DNA of 63,778 nt, the filler included, from Chiloscyllium plagiosum (taxonomy: Eukaryota), in assembly GCF_004010195.1 (NCBI RefSeq). It is 4 parts of one record of this genome, joined end to end, with 100 filler letters (N's around TTAATTAATTAA, not from the genome) between each part and the next. Parts side by side here need not be neighbours in the genome. Positions count along the whole stretch, not along the records: positions 42,907 to 59,796 come from NC_057713.1; positions 59,897 to 63,778 come from NC_057713.1; 2 more parts are not named here. One strand, given 5' to 3'. Of the stretch, positions 52,257-63,778 are shown piece by piece (position 1 is the first letter of the stretch; each line of letters opens with the position of its first letter). Both the position numbers and the translations under genes were made by a program. The notes beneath the pieces are model-generated. The model was not told where the DNA came from and ran no database searches. It worked only from the letters and a program-made list of their open reading frames with translations.

Positions 52257-54075
52257 CATAAGTCTTTTTGATAAAGTCACCCACAGGAGGGTGGTTAAAA
52301 AATTTAAAGCACATTGGATGGGAGTTAATATCTTGGAACAGATTACTGATCGGCTAGGCAGAAAACAGACAGCAGGAATAAATGGATCATTCTTATGTTG
52401 TCAGGTTGTGACTATAAGGTTCAGTATTTGAGCCTTAGCTGTTTATAATACATAGCAATGATTTTGAGGTGGAGATCAAATATAGTCTTATTTGCTGTTT
52501 GTCAGATGATACAAAGCTCAATGGGAAGGTACATTGCTGTGTTCCACAGGGATCGGTGCTGGGTCCACTCTTATTTGTCATTTATATAAATCATTTAGAT
52601 GAGAATATAGAAGGCATGGTTAGTAAGTTTGTGGATGACACAAAAATTGGTGGTATAGTGGACAGTGAAGAAGGTTATCTAAGATTACAAAGATATCTTG
52701 ATCGATTGGGTCAATGGGCTGAGGAGGGGCAGGAGTTTAATTTGGATATGTGCAAGGTATTGCATTTTGGTAAAACAAACAAGGGCAGGAGTTACACAAT
52801 TAAAAGTAAGGGATTGTTTAGTGTTGTAGAACAGAGAGACTAGGGGTTCAGGTACATAATTTTTTGAAGTTTGCATCACATGTAAACAGGGTGATTAGGA
52901 AGACATTTAGCATGCTTGCCTTCATTGTATAGGAATTGGGATGCCACGTTGAGGTTGTACAGAGTGTTGGTGAGGCCTTTTCTATAGTACTGCCATGTCA
53001 TGAGAAGTATATTATTAAGCTGGAGAGGGTTCAGAAGAGGTATATCAGGATGTTGCTTGAAATGGTGGCTTTTACTTATAAGGGGAGGCTGGATAGGTTG
53101 GGACCTTTTCACTGTAGCATAGGAGGTTGAGGAATGACGTTATGGAGGTTTATAAAATCACGAGGGGTATAGGTGAATGGCAGGTGCCTTTTCCTTAGGG
53201 TGGAGGATTTCAACACTAACGGGGAATGTTTTTAAAGTGCTAGGAGAAAGATTTAAAAAGATACGAAGGGCTTTTTTTTTACACAGAGAGTCGTTCGTGT
53301 GTGGAATCAACTTCCAAAGAAGTGATGAATGTGGGTACAGTTAAAATGTTTAAAAGGCATTTGGATAAGTACATGAAAAAGAAATGTTTGGAGGGATGTG
53401 GGCCAAGCAAGTGGGACTAGTTTAGTTTGAGATTATGATCAGGGTGAACTAAAGACCAAAGGATGCATTTAAGTGCTGTATGACTCTATAAGAAGTGCTT
53501 TCAAGACGATTTGGACAGACTTAATGAATGAGCAAAAACGTAGACATAATATACTGTGAAAAAATGTGAGATTATCCACTTTGGTCGGAGAAACAAATGT
53601 GCAGAGTGTTTTTCAAATGGTAAAAGATTTGAAAGCGTAGATATAAAAAGGGACTAAAGTGTCTTATCAAAAAATCACTGAGGTTGACGTGTAGGTACAA
53701 TAAGCTATTAGGAAGGCTAATAGAATGTTAGCCTTTATCATAGTAGGATTTGAGTACAGGAATTGTCATGCCTTGCTTCAATTGTATATAAGCTTGGTTA
53801 GACCAAGATATTTCCCTTGTTTGGGGAGTCTAGAACTAGTGGGCACAATATAAAAACAAGAGGGAACTTAAATAGGATCTAGATTCGAAGAATTTTTCTT
53901 TACTCAGGGAGTTGTGAGCCTTTGGAATTCTTTAACAAAGATGACTGGAGAATCTCAGTCTTTTTGAGTCTGTTTAATGTAGAGATTGATAGATTTCTGA
54001 TTGCCAGTGGTGTATGGAGTTATGGAGATGGAGTGAAAAAATGTCATTGAAATGTTCAATAAGCCATGATAATAT
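52257..54075 (+). mobile_element. Nested CR1 RT/3' fragments (a younger CR1 at ~52540-53490 inside an older one)
   Basis: [20 protein letters not shown]...SKFVDDTKIGG; two CR1 tails. Confidence 0.85.
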
Positions 54076-54079
54076 TGAT

Positions 54080-54180
54080 CATCTTATTCCTGATGAAGGG
54101 CTCCGGCTCGAAACATCAATTTTCCTGCTCCTCGGATGCTGCCTGACCTGCTGTGCTTTTCCAGCAACACGCTCTCAACT
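54080..54180 (+). mobile_element. PLE hammerhead/tail fragment
   Basis: CTGATGA-AGGGC-TCCG-GCTC-GAAACATC followed by ctcggatgctgcctgacctgctgtgcttttccagc. Confidence 0.75.
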
Positions 54181-55559
54181 AAGAGGTGAAGTAGTCTCAG
54201 GAGGGCTCTGGCCTGATGGAGGTGCTAAGATAGAGAGGCACTATTTGAATATGATGATGACATATTCTGATCAATTGCTGAGAAGTGGTGGGTGCATTGT
54301 CAGTTTAGGGAGAGGCAAGAGATGCAATGGTACTTGGGGTGATCCTTCTGTCAGCACAACTGTTTGTAAAGGCTCTGCTAGAGTCCATTCTATTTATCTG
54401 GCTCTTCCATTTCTGAGCTGTAGTATTGCCTCAGATACATTCATCCTGGCATCTTTTTTAAAATGTCTTCTATTTCTGATTTGTAGCATCCATAGTTCTT
54501 TCAATTTTTAAAAATCACTTCAACTATTTCAAAATCTTTGTTTTTTTAAATGTATGCAGTTGAAAGTCATACGAGCCCATGTTTTTATGTGTGGTTCTTT
54601 TCTTTCTCTTTTACTACAATCTCTTTAAAATACAATGCATCTTTATCTTATTCTTATTTCTGATCAAAGAGCTACATCTGTACATACTGACAAGGGTACT
54701 GGAACCATTTTGTGATTCTAATTTGCTACCTCCAGTGCTTTGTCTTATTCATTTAGCATTGAATAACAGTCAGAAACAGAAATTCTGACAGATTTGTAGC
54801 TGCCGAAATCCACTGAGTTCCCTGAATTTGGCACAGTGGACATGTTGGCAACATGTTGGCAACACACATATATACAGATCACATTTGTAATTGTTTAATA
54901 ATGGACATACAGGTTATATTTCAGAACAGTAATACATCTAAGAAGTTCAGCTAACCCTGTAAACCTAGAGGTGTATGTAGTTCATTTAAATCATTCACTG
55001 AAGTTATACCAGAGTATTATGTTACTCTGATATTAACATACAGAAGGATACTTGTTGCATACATTCAACTTGTCTGTGCCTGTTATTTGAACAGACATTG
55101 GGGATTGATTTTTCTAATTAAATAATATGTAATGAAACATCTTACAAGTATGTTTAATATCACCAAGAATAATACCTAGCTACAACCTTATGTTACTGTC
55201 CTAAACTCCTGCCGGAATTCTGTTTCTTTATTTCACATTCTTTATCAAATTTTGTGACTATTAAAGAGTGTTAAGTTAGTCTGGAGGAATACTGAAATAC
55301 AACAAGTAATGATAACTCTTGTGTAAAAAATGACCCCAAACTTTTAACCAAAAAATATCCAAACTTTTTGCACTTATTGTCTACTTGATACTGATGTCAA
55401 GCTTGGCCTGGTGCGAACTCTTTCTTGGATAGAACCACAGAATAGCTCAGTATTGAACGTGGATGTTCAGCTCCTCATCTCTGCATACATCAACATGTAA
55501 AGTCAAGGTTGCCAGCTCATTGGTGCACACTGTATCCCCACCAATACTGCCCTCCTGGT

Positions 55560-56230
55560 AACATGGCATCAAGAAAGAACAGTAGAACAGCCCACTTCTG
55601 AATCAAAGTCATTGAGATTGAGCAGTAGATAAATAATTATGCAGCAGCTGGAGAATTGCAGATATCAATGAAGAATGTTGGAGAGTGGAGGGACTTGTCC
55701 ACAGCTTTGGCAGAGACCCAAGAATTGCTGCACAGAGGAAAGCCTCACATGTGGCCACAGCTGACTTTGGAGGCTTAAAATACGTTAATGAAAATCATCA
55801 GAATGGATTCTCATTTTCTTGCACAATTCTCTAAATCTTTATTCTGAAAACACGCATGAAATTTAGGCACTGCCCATTTCAAAGCTAGCCTTGGATGGTG
55901 TATCAGATTCATGAAGAGCTAAAATTTTATACAGACAGAAGACTAATATTTTGCAGTATCTCCCAGGGGAACTTGATGGCAGGTTTATCATATTTCAGCA
56001 GTTTAGACTCAAGCATTGATTAATGAAGTGTTAGTGAAGACAACAATAAGAATAGTTTCAGTTACGCTGTCATGTATATTTGACAGAATAGAGCTTAAGC
56101 CAACAATGATATTCAAGAGAAAAACATTCACAAGAGAGAATAGATTAATGAAGGTGACTTGAAACGAAGCATGAAGGAAGTTTACAATGTGGATTGTGTT
56201 AAAAAATTGAAGTTTTCATCTGGGACATGT
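55560..56230 (+). mobile_element. pogo-family (POGK-like) DNA transposase relic
   Basis: Frameshifted pieces: NNYAAAGE..INE(K)NVGEWR (Brinker-type DBD), FKASLGWCIRFMK and RQKTNILQYLPGELD (CENP-B HTH and linker), VLVKTT and LKPTMIFKRKTF (DDE N-terminus). Confidence 0.75.
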
Positions 56231-56269
56231 TGTTGAAGCTAGATCAGAAATCAATGATATTCCAGACTC

Positions 56270-56397
56270 CATACAGACAGTTGCCCAAGGCTGGAATCAG
56301 CATCTGCAGACCTCACTTTCTCCTCAAGGCTGGAATCAAACCTGGGTCCCTGTGCTGTGAGGCAGCAGTGCTAACCATTGAGCCACCATGCTGCCCT
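56270..56397 (-). mobile_element. HE1-like SINE head with a 25-bp PLE tail insertion
   Basis: Reverse A/B boxes (gtgctaaccattgagccaccatgctgccc); 14-bp TSD caaggctggaatca at 56286-56299 / 56325-56338. Confidence 0.75.
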
Positions 56398-56483
56398 ATT
56401 GCAGTGATTCCCAAAGGTAAACCAGCTATGCCTAACAGTTGGGTGTCTAATAAGCTCTTCAGTGGTAGCATAGGAAAGAAAAC

Positions 56484-57111
56484 CTACCATTCCAGGGATC
56501 ATCCGTATGAATCTCCGCTGGACATGCTCCAGTGCCATTATATCCTTCCTGAGGTGTGGGGACCAAAACTGGACACAGTACTCCAAATGGGGCCTAACCA
56601 GAGCTTTATAAAGTCTCAGTAGCACAACGGTGCTTTTATATTCCAACCCTCTTGAGATAATTGACAACATTGCATTCGCTTTCTTAATCACAGACTCAAC
56701 CTGCATGTTTACCTTTACTGGAGATCAGCCCCCAGTCCCTTCATCCAGATCATTAATATATAATGTGAACAGCTGCGGCCCCAACCCTGAACCCTGCGGG
56801 ACACCGCTTGTCACCGGCTGCCCTTCCGAAAAAGAACCTTTTATCCCAACTCTCTGCCTTCTGTCAGACAGCAAATCTTCTATCCATAGCAGTAGCTCAC
56901 CTCGAACACCATGGGCCCAAACCTTGCTCAGCAGCCTCCCGTGTGGCACCTTATCAAAGGCCTTTTGAAAGTCTAGGTGGACCACATCCGCTGGGTTTCC
57001 CTGGTCTAACCTACTCGTCACCTCTTCAAAGAACTCCAACAGGTTTGTCAGGCACGACCTCCCCTTACTAAATCCATGTTGACTTGTTCTAATCCGACCC
57101 TGCTCTTCCAA
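56484..57111 (-). mobile_element. CR1 RT fragment with internal deletion
   Basis: [53 protein letters not shown]. Confidence 0.92.
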
Positions 57112-57480
57112 GAAGGTTGAGTTACCCTTCCTCAGAAGTGATGGTTGCTAGGAAAGTGCGGGTTTATAGGAAGAAGGTAGGATGGAGGGAGGTGTTAAGG
57201 AGTAAGTGATAGGGAGGGTTAGAGTCCAAATAGAGAGCAGAGCAGTTGGACAGACAAAAGAGTGGATAACAATCTGGCTAGGAATGGGAATAGCTATTAA
57301 TGGGGACTGTTAGTGGCTAACAAATGTTGTGTGGAATAGCAGACCATGTGATAACAAGGCCCGGTTTGTGGAGGTTGGAATAAAGTCAAGGGAGAGCTGA
57401 AGACGTAGAGTTGTTGAACTTGATAATGAATCTAGGAGGCTACAGGGTCCTCAAGAAGAAAATTAGGTGTTGTTCTTATT
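57112..57480 (-). mobile_element. PLE 3' fragment with truncated hammerhead
   Basis: Minus CTGAGGA-AGGGT at ~57145-57125; pyrimidine-rich PLE 3' region similar to 26470-27000. Confidence 0.55.
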
Positions 57481-57904
57481 TTGAATTTGATAAATTCGAT
57501 GGATTTAGTGTGCAGAAATGAATGCCTGTTTCCATGGACAGTTTTTTTTATCTATAAAAATTATTTTAATAATAAAAATACTTCTGGCTCATTTTATGCT
57601 ACTTTTAGGGTTGTGTTGGGATTTTGGGGAGCAACCTCTGATACAGTGGTCCTAATGGCAAGGCAATGGGAAGGGATAGAATTCAATCCTTTCAAAAATG
57701 ACCCTCATGTAAAAGACCACCTCCTTTTTTGACTATGAATATAGTCATAAGGATTCAACTTTGACCTGAATATAAATGGTATATCCCACTTTGTCAGTGA
57801 TGATATTAAACTTTACATATAGTACAGTTCAATTCACTGGTCGTTCAAGTATTTTCAGACTTTTGAGGACACAACAAATGCTACATCAATATAGCTGCAT
57901 GATA

Positions 57905-58560
57905 AGTCAATAAGACCATAACACATAAGGTGAATCAACTCAACTGTCCTCCACTATTCAATAAGATTATGGCTCATTAGATTATCACAATAATCCTCAA
58001 TACCATTTTCTTGTCTTTCTCCATAAACCTCGATTCCCTTCCTGATTAAATATCTGTCTATTCTCAGCATTGCAATTACTTCATGATCCAGCTTCTATTG
58101 CACTCTGTGGTAAAGATTCACTGCCCTCCAGAAATTCCTCTTCATCTCTGTCCTAACTGGGTGACTGCTTTCTCTGAGATTATGCACTCTGCTTGTAGAT
58201 GTTCCCACAAGGGGAATTCACTTCTCTACATTCATCCTGTCAGTGTCCATAAGAATCTTATATATTTCACTATGTTCATCTTTCATTTTCCAAACCTTCA
58301 ATGAGTACAAGTGTAACGCAGTCAACCTCATCTCATAAGGAATTTCCGTACCTTCCCTGGAATGGCTTCAAGCCAATATCTTTTCCCTTAGATAAGAGGC
58401 TCAAACTTTACATAATATTCCAACTGTGGTCTCACTAGGGCCTTGTATACTTTTATCAAGACTCCCTATTTTTAATCCTCCAGTGCCTTGAAAATAAAAC
58501 TAACATTCCATTTGCCTCCTTTATTTTCTGCTGAACTTACATGCTAACTTTTTTTGGGAT
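57905..58560 (-). mobile_element. Decayed CR1 3' end
   Basis: (taagacca)n tail and reverse YKALVRPQLEY motif at ~58430. Confidence 0.75.
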
Positions 58561-59429
58561 TCATAAATCATACTGCACCCAGGCAACCTAAAAAGGGGCT
58601 GAATTTCATCTAAGCTAAAATGGGACATCTTCACATATACTTTAAAAATAAAGAGCTTCATTCATTGTCAGTCCAAGGTCCATGTCATTCAATTTTCAGG
58701 CTGGCCCCAAAATGGGAAGCTAGTTCTCCACCTTATTTTAACATTTATATCAGGGTCCTGTGCTAGTGATATGGCTCAATGGCATTTTTGACATTTAATG
58801 GGAATGGAGTGCAGGGTACGCAATGTGCCCATTGGTTTGGACTTTAAGTGGCCTTGAAGGATTACTGAAAGCTGCAGTCAAATATATGAGTACAGACAGA
58901 CAGACAAAGACCCCTTGGCGCATACAGCCTGTCTTGAACAAATGTGGCACCTTGTACAACACCATAAATACATACTTCATTCCCCTCAAAAACCATGAAA
59001 TTTCTTGGGAGTGGTGGAAACTAGAGAAAAATTCAGACCAATGTGGAGAAATGTATCTGGAGAATTCCTTCCAAGTGAGTGAAATTAGTCAAGGAGATCA
59101 AGATCACTCAGAATAAATAATTTCATGTAGCATCTAACCTTTTGTACAATGCAATCTCTGACCCAGTCAGAAACAAGCCTAGCTCTTGCTAGAAGGCAGT
59201 CAGTGAATCAGAGACCATGTGCGAACCTGTTTCAGAAGTTCACAACCTTCTGAAATTAAACTACTTTCTTGAGCTGGCTTAAAACTTAAAATTGGGAACT
59301 GAAATTTTATCTAACCTATGTATTGGAACAAGCTGTCAGTAAAAGTGCAATTGATTTATTTCATTGTCAAATAAATCCAAGTAGGTATTCCCGAGGTCTG
59401 TGCTTTCTTAAGGTATAGAGTCCCAGCTT

Positions 59430-60890
59430 GTTATAGAATCATAGAGATGTACAGCATGGAAACAGACCTTTCAGTCCAATCCGTCCATGCCGACCAGATA
59501 TCCCAACCCAATCTAGTCCCACCTGCCAGCACCCGGCCCATATCCCTCTAAACCCTTCCTATTCATTAACCCATCCAAATGCCTATTAAATGTTGCAATT
59601 GTACCAGCCTTCACCACATCATCTGGCAGCTCATTCCATACACGTACCACCCTCTGCATGAAAAAGTTGCCCCTTAGGTCTCTTTTATATCTTTCCTCTC
59701 TCACCCTAAACCTATGCCCTCTAGTTCTGGACTCCTCGACCCCAGGGAAAAGACTTTGTCTATTTATCCTATCCATGCCCCTCATAATTTTGTAAANNNN
59801 NNNNNNNNNNNNNNNNNNNNNNNNNNNNNNNNNNNNNNNNTTAATTAATTAANNNNNNNNNNNNNNNNNNNNNNNNNNNNNNNNNNNNNNNNNNNNTAAA
59901 TCTAATAGAATTATGGTCACTGGTCCCAAAGTGCTCCCCCACTGACACCTCAGTCACCTGCCCTGCCTTATTTCCCAAAAATAAGTCAAGTTTTGCACCT
60001 TCTCTAGTAGGTACATCCACATACTGAATCAGAAAATTGTCTTGTACACACTTAACAAATTCCTCTCCATCTAAACCCTTAACACTATGGCAGTCCCAGT
60101 TGATGTTTGGAAAGTTAAAATCCCCTACCATAACCACCCTATTTTTCTTACAGATAACTGAGATCTCCTTACAAGTTTGTTTCTCAATTTCCCTCTGACT
60201 ATTAGGGGGTCTATAATACAATCCCAATAAGGTTATCATCCCTTTCTCATTTCTCAGTTCCACCCAAATAACTTCCCTGGATGCATTTCTGGGAATATCC
60301 TCTCTCAGCTAACTGTAATACTATCCCTTACTAGAAATGCCACTCCCCCCTCCTCTCTTGTTCCCTTTCTATCCTTCCTGTAGCATTTGTATCCTGTAAC
60401 ATTAACCTGCCAGTCCTGCCCATCCCATTAGCCATGTCTCCGTAATTGCTATGATATCCCAGTCCCATCTTTCTAACCATGCCCCGAGTTCATCTGTCTT
60501 CCCTGTTAGGTCCCTTGCATTGAAATAAATGCAGTTTAATTTATTATTCCTACCTTGCCCCTGCCTGCCCTGACTGTTAGACTCGTTTCTGTTCTCAACT
60601 GTACCAGTTCCAGATTGATCTCTTTCCTCACGATCTCCCTGGGTCCCTCCCCCACCTTACTAGTTTTAATCCTCCCGAGCAGCTCTAGCAAATCCCCCTC
60701 CCAGTATATTCGTCCGCTTCCAATTTAGGTGCAATTCGTCCTTCCTTCTGTAATCTCCCTTCAGAATCTTAACCGTTTCCCTTCCTATGTCATTGGTTCC
60801 AATGTGGACAATGACCTCTTGCTAGCCCCTCTCCCCTGTGAGAACATTTTGCACCCTCTCTGATACATCCTTGATCCTGGCACCAGGGAA
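59430..60890 (-). mobile_element. CR1 element spanning an assembly gap (ORF1 and endonuclease on the right, 3' end on the left)
   Basis: LLGLYYRPPNS...VGDFNFPNINW...LDLFLGN...SDHN; RTRGHRFRVREERYKRDLRGNFF. Confidence 0.9.
59797..59896. other. Assembly gap with TTAATTAATTAA linker (59841-59852)
   Basis: 44N + linker + 44N. Confidence 0.95.
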
Positions 60891-60894
60891 GGTG

Positions 60895-61240
60895 TTCCAA
60901 TGACTTGCAATGCGTGAGTGGGACCCGTACAATTGGGGTGGGCAAATGAAGTAGTCAGGTCGCCCTGGTTACCCACTTGGCACTGCCTCATCTCTTTTTC
61001 TGGTACATTGATGACTGGATTTGTGCCACCTCCTGCTTTCACCATGAAATGGAAACTACCTGACTTTGTTTCCAATTTCCTCCCTTCCCTCACCTTCACT
61101 TGGTCAATTTCAGACTTTTCCCTTCCTTTCCTTGAACACAATTCTGATGAAAGATCATCAACCTGAAAAGTTAACAGTTTGTCTCCTCAAATACTGCCTG
61201 ACCTGCTGATATTTTCTAGCAATGTTTGTTTTTATTCCAA
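60895..61240 (+). mobile_element. Internally deleted PLE (RT YIDD region joined to hammerhead tail)
   Basis: tggtacattgatgactgg (WYIDDW); CTGATGA-AAGATC-ATC-AACCT-GAAAAGTT at 61144-61172. Confidence 0.7.
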
Positions 61241-61714
61241 TGTTCTATACTAGGGTATATTCTTGTCCTGCATTTCTACTTCGATAGACTAAGAGTTAAC
61301 CTTAAGAAATTAAATTGTCTTGACTTTATTTAGACTTTTGGTGTAAGATTTTCAAAATGTCTTTATTAGTCAATGATGTTGAAGTACCAGTTCTGCTTTA
61401 TTTATACTGACCTTTAAATTCCTGTTTATTCAGACTGGTAAAGCTTATCAAAAAGGGTTACTCTTCCCCAGTTTTGATAACTTCAGTAGGAAAACCATAA
61501 TGCAATGTTGCTAGAATGCACTAATGGGCATTTTTGCCCATCTAGTGTTGAGCGAACTTCTTCTGAATGAAACGTATTGCAATGTAAAAGATTCTCATTG
61601 TATTGACGCCAGTAATGGACATGTTATATCAAGTGCATGGGGCAGATTTGATGAGGGAGAGAAGACAAGGGGAAATGAATGGAAGTATTTAACAGAAAGA
61701 AATTAGGAATTATG

Positions 61715-61910
61715 AACTTGCATTTCTGTAGAGCCTTTCATGACCTCAGGATGTTCCAAAGAGCTTTGCAGTCAGTGAAATACTTCTGAAGTGTAGTCAT
61801 TGTTGTAATATAGGAACTGCTGTAACAAAGTTGTACACAGCAAGACCCCACAAACAGCAATGTGATAATGATCAAGTCATCAATTTTTGTGATGTTGGTT
61901 CAGAGATAAA
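61715..61910 (-). mobile_element. Deu-domain SINE 3' part (SacSINE1-like)
   Basis: aacttgcatttctgtagagcctttcatgacctcaggatgttccaaagagcttt...gaagtgtagtcattgttgtaat. Confidence 0.7.
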
Positions 61911-62199
61911 AGTTGCAGATTAGCTGGTTTGGTATTTATCTTATCCATCTGATTTACTGCAGAGTGATGCAGAAATGACATTAGTTATTAGTCTACAATA
62001 GGTTTATTTGCAGAACTTTAAAATATCTCAGTAATGAGGAGATGTTTAACGTATGGGATGGAGCTTTGTTGAAGCATTGGGATTCTTGTAGCTGGAGATC
62101 CAGTGAAAGTCCCACACTGCCTCAGTTAGGGGAGGACAGCCCAACCACAAGTCAGTGGTGTACCTTCCCCTGGAATCAAGACCTCTCGGGGGAAAGTAA

Positions 62200-62660
62200 G
62201 CCCATAAAGCATGTGAGCTGAAGCAGGCCATTCAGCCCATCAAGTCTATTCAGCTATTCAATGAATTCATGCCCAATTTCATAATCTTGCACTCCAAATT
62301 CCTGTCTTATCATCATAACTCTTGATTCCCTTACTGATTACAATGCTATCTCAGCACTGAAGATACTCAATGGGCAAGCCTGTACAGCCCTCTGTGATAA
62401 AGAATTCCAAAGATTCACTTTTCTCATTTAAATAATGTTCAGCACTTCTATTTGTTCTGCTAAAGTGTATAACCTCACATTATCTCACATTATATACGAA
62501 ATGCCAAGCTCTAACCTACTTGCTTAACCTGTCTGTATCCCTCTACAAACGCTTTGCCTTTCTGTCCATTTTTGGGTTGTCTGTTCACCTGGATAGAGTG
62601 CATTCACATTCCTCATCCAAGTCATTAATATACATTGTAAATGATTGTGGCCCCAACACT
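62200..62660 (-). mobile_element. Decayed CR1 fragment
   Basis: CR1 tail and reverse YINDLDE motif (tcatccaagtcattaatata). Confidence 0.7.
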
Positions 62661-63459
62661 GATCTCACCCATCAAGACTGTCAGACAATAAGAGCTGGTT
62701 GAGGGCAATGTCTCTTGTTGACTGAAATATCTGAAGGTGCTGACTGTTGAGGTTAGCAGTGAGTTGAGGGGCACGTAGGTTAAGTAACTATATTTTACAT
62801 TAGGATTAAGTCTCGGTACAACATCATGGGCCTAAGGGCCTGTTCTGTGGTGTACTTTTCTATGTTCTATGTTTTTGGAGCTCCGAACACATCACTAGGA
62901 CCGACATCCTCATTGCTCCATAATTGTACTGCAAGATTGAAGCTTTGCTCTTTTTCTGTCATTCTGGACTGTTTTGCTAAAATGTGTCATCCAAAGTATT
63001 AATTTATAATACCATTGAACATAAACTGACATATGTGATTGTTATGTAGAGCAAATGACACTGGTTATATTAGCTACAAAAGATTTGGGTTTTTTGAGGA
63101 GTGGCATCTCTTGCAGATTGACACGTCACTCCTCTTTCACACCTGGAAGGGGCTCTACATTTCTGGAAGGCGATTCTGATCAGGGTTCCTTCAGAAATGA
63201 GGAGCTGTAGATCCATTCTGACAGCTCCCTCGAAGTACAGAACTTTTGGGGATAAAAACCACACCTCCTTTTCATCGCCTGCCACTTTGACAGCTGCTGT
63301 TGAAAGGTAACTGCAGAAGGGAAGTGTGAGGTTGGAGGCTTGGAGGGAAAGGTTCCAGGTGGGTAGGGGAGTGAGGTATCAGATGAGTAGGGTGAAAACT
63401 GCATAGTGTGCCCCCACAGGTATGGCATGCCAGATGAGCATGATCCTGGTTGGGCAGGA

Positions 63460-63778
63460 GGTAGAATACAATAGACAATAGACAATAGACAATAGACAAT
63501 AGGTGCAGGAGTAGGCCATTCAGCCCTTCGAGCCTGCACTGCCATTCAATATAATCATGGCTGATAATTCCTAATCAGTATCCTGTTCCTGCCTTATCTT
63601 CATAACCCTTGATTCCACTATCTTTGAGAGCTCTATCCAACTCCTTCTTAAATGAATCCAGAGAGTGGGCCTCCACTGCCCTCTGGGGCAGAGCATTCCA
63701 CACAGCCACCACTCTCTGGGTGAAGAAGTTCCTCCTGAGCTCTGTCCTAAATGGTCTACCCAGTATTTTTAAGCTGTG
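63460..63778 (-). mobile_element. CR1 3' end with (caataga)n tail, continuing beyond the window
   Basis: Heptamer tail at 63468-63502; reverse RNFFTQRVVAVWNALPQRAVEA. Confidence 0.85.

Noticed and set aside
55042..55113. 72-nt exon-like segment on minus (KNQSPMSVQITGTDKLNVCNKYPS)
   Set aside because: Weak donor (TCT|gtatgt), poor pyrimidine tract and no recognisable homology.

Overview
Eukaryotic, repeat-dense genomic DNA from a cartilaginous fish, probably a shark (inferred from HE1/V-SINEs, Deu-domain SINEs and the CR1 and Penelope families present). The window appears to lie wholly inside one large minus-strand gene, RIMS2 (presynaptic active-zone scaffold). Three coding exons are recognisable: 29115-29069 (post-PDZ linker), 24686-24556 and 19854-19683 (C2A domain). 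At least one obligatory exon between the first two is missing and probably sits in an assembly gap. The rest is intron filled with decayed or nested CR1/L2/Rex1 LINEs, several Penelope-like (PLE) families carrying minimal hammerhead-ribozyme motifs, tRNA-derived SINEs, two solo LTRs and a pogo transposase relic. Three 100-nt gaps contain an artificial TTAATTAATTAA linker. Almost all ORF-track entries are TE fragments or chance ORFs. I cannot support a wholly new biological system. The best leads are (i) the dispersed PLE hammerheads with palindromic helix III, including tiny TSD-flanked insertions, and (ii) a phase-compatible pair of unannotated candidate exons at 48.5 kb and 44.5 kb. Repeat boundaries were read by eye and are approximate unless TSDs are quoted.
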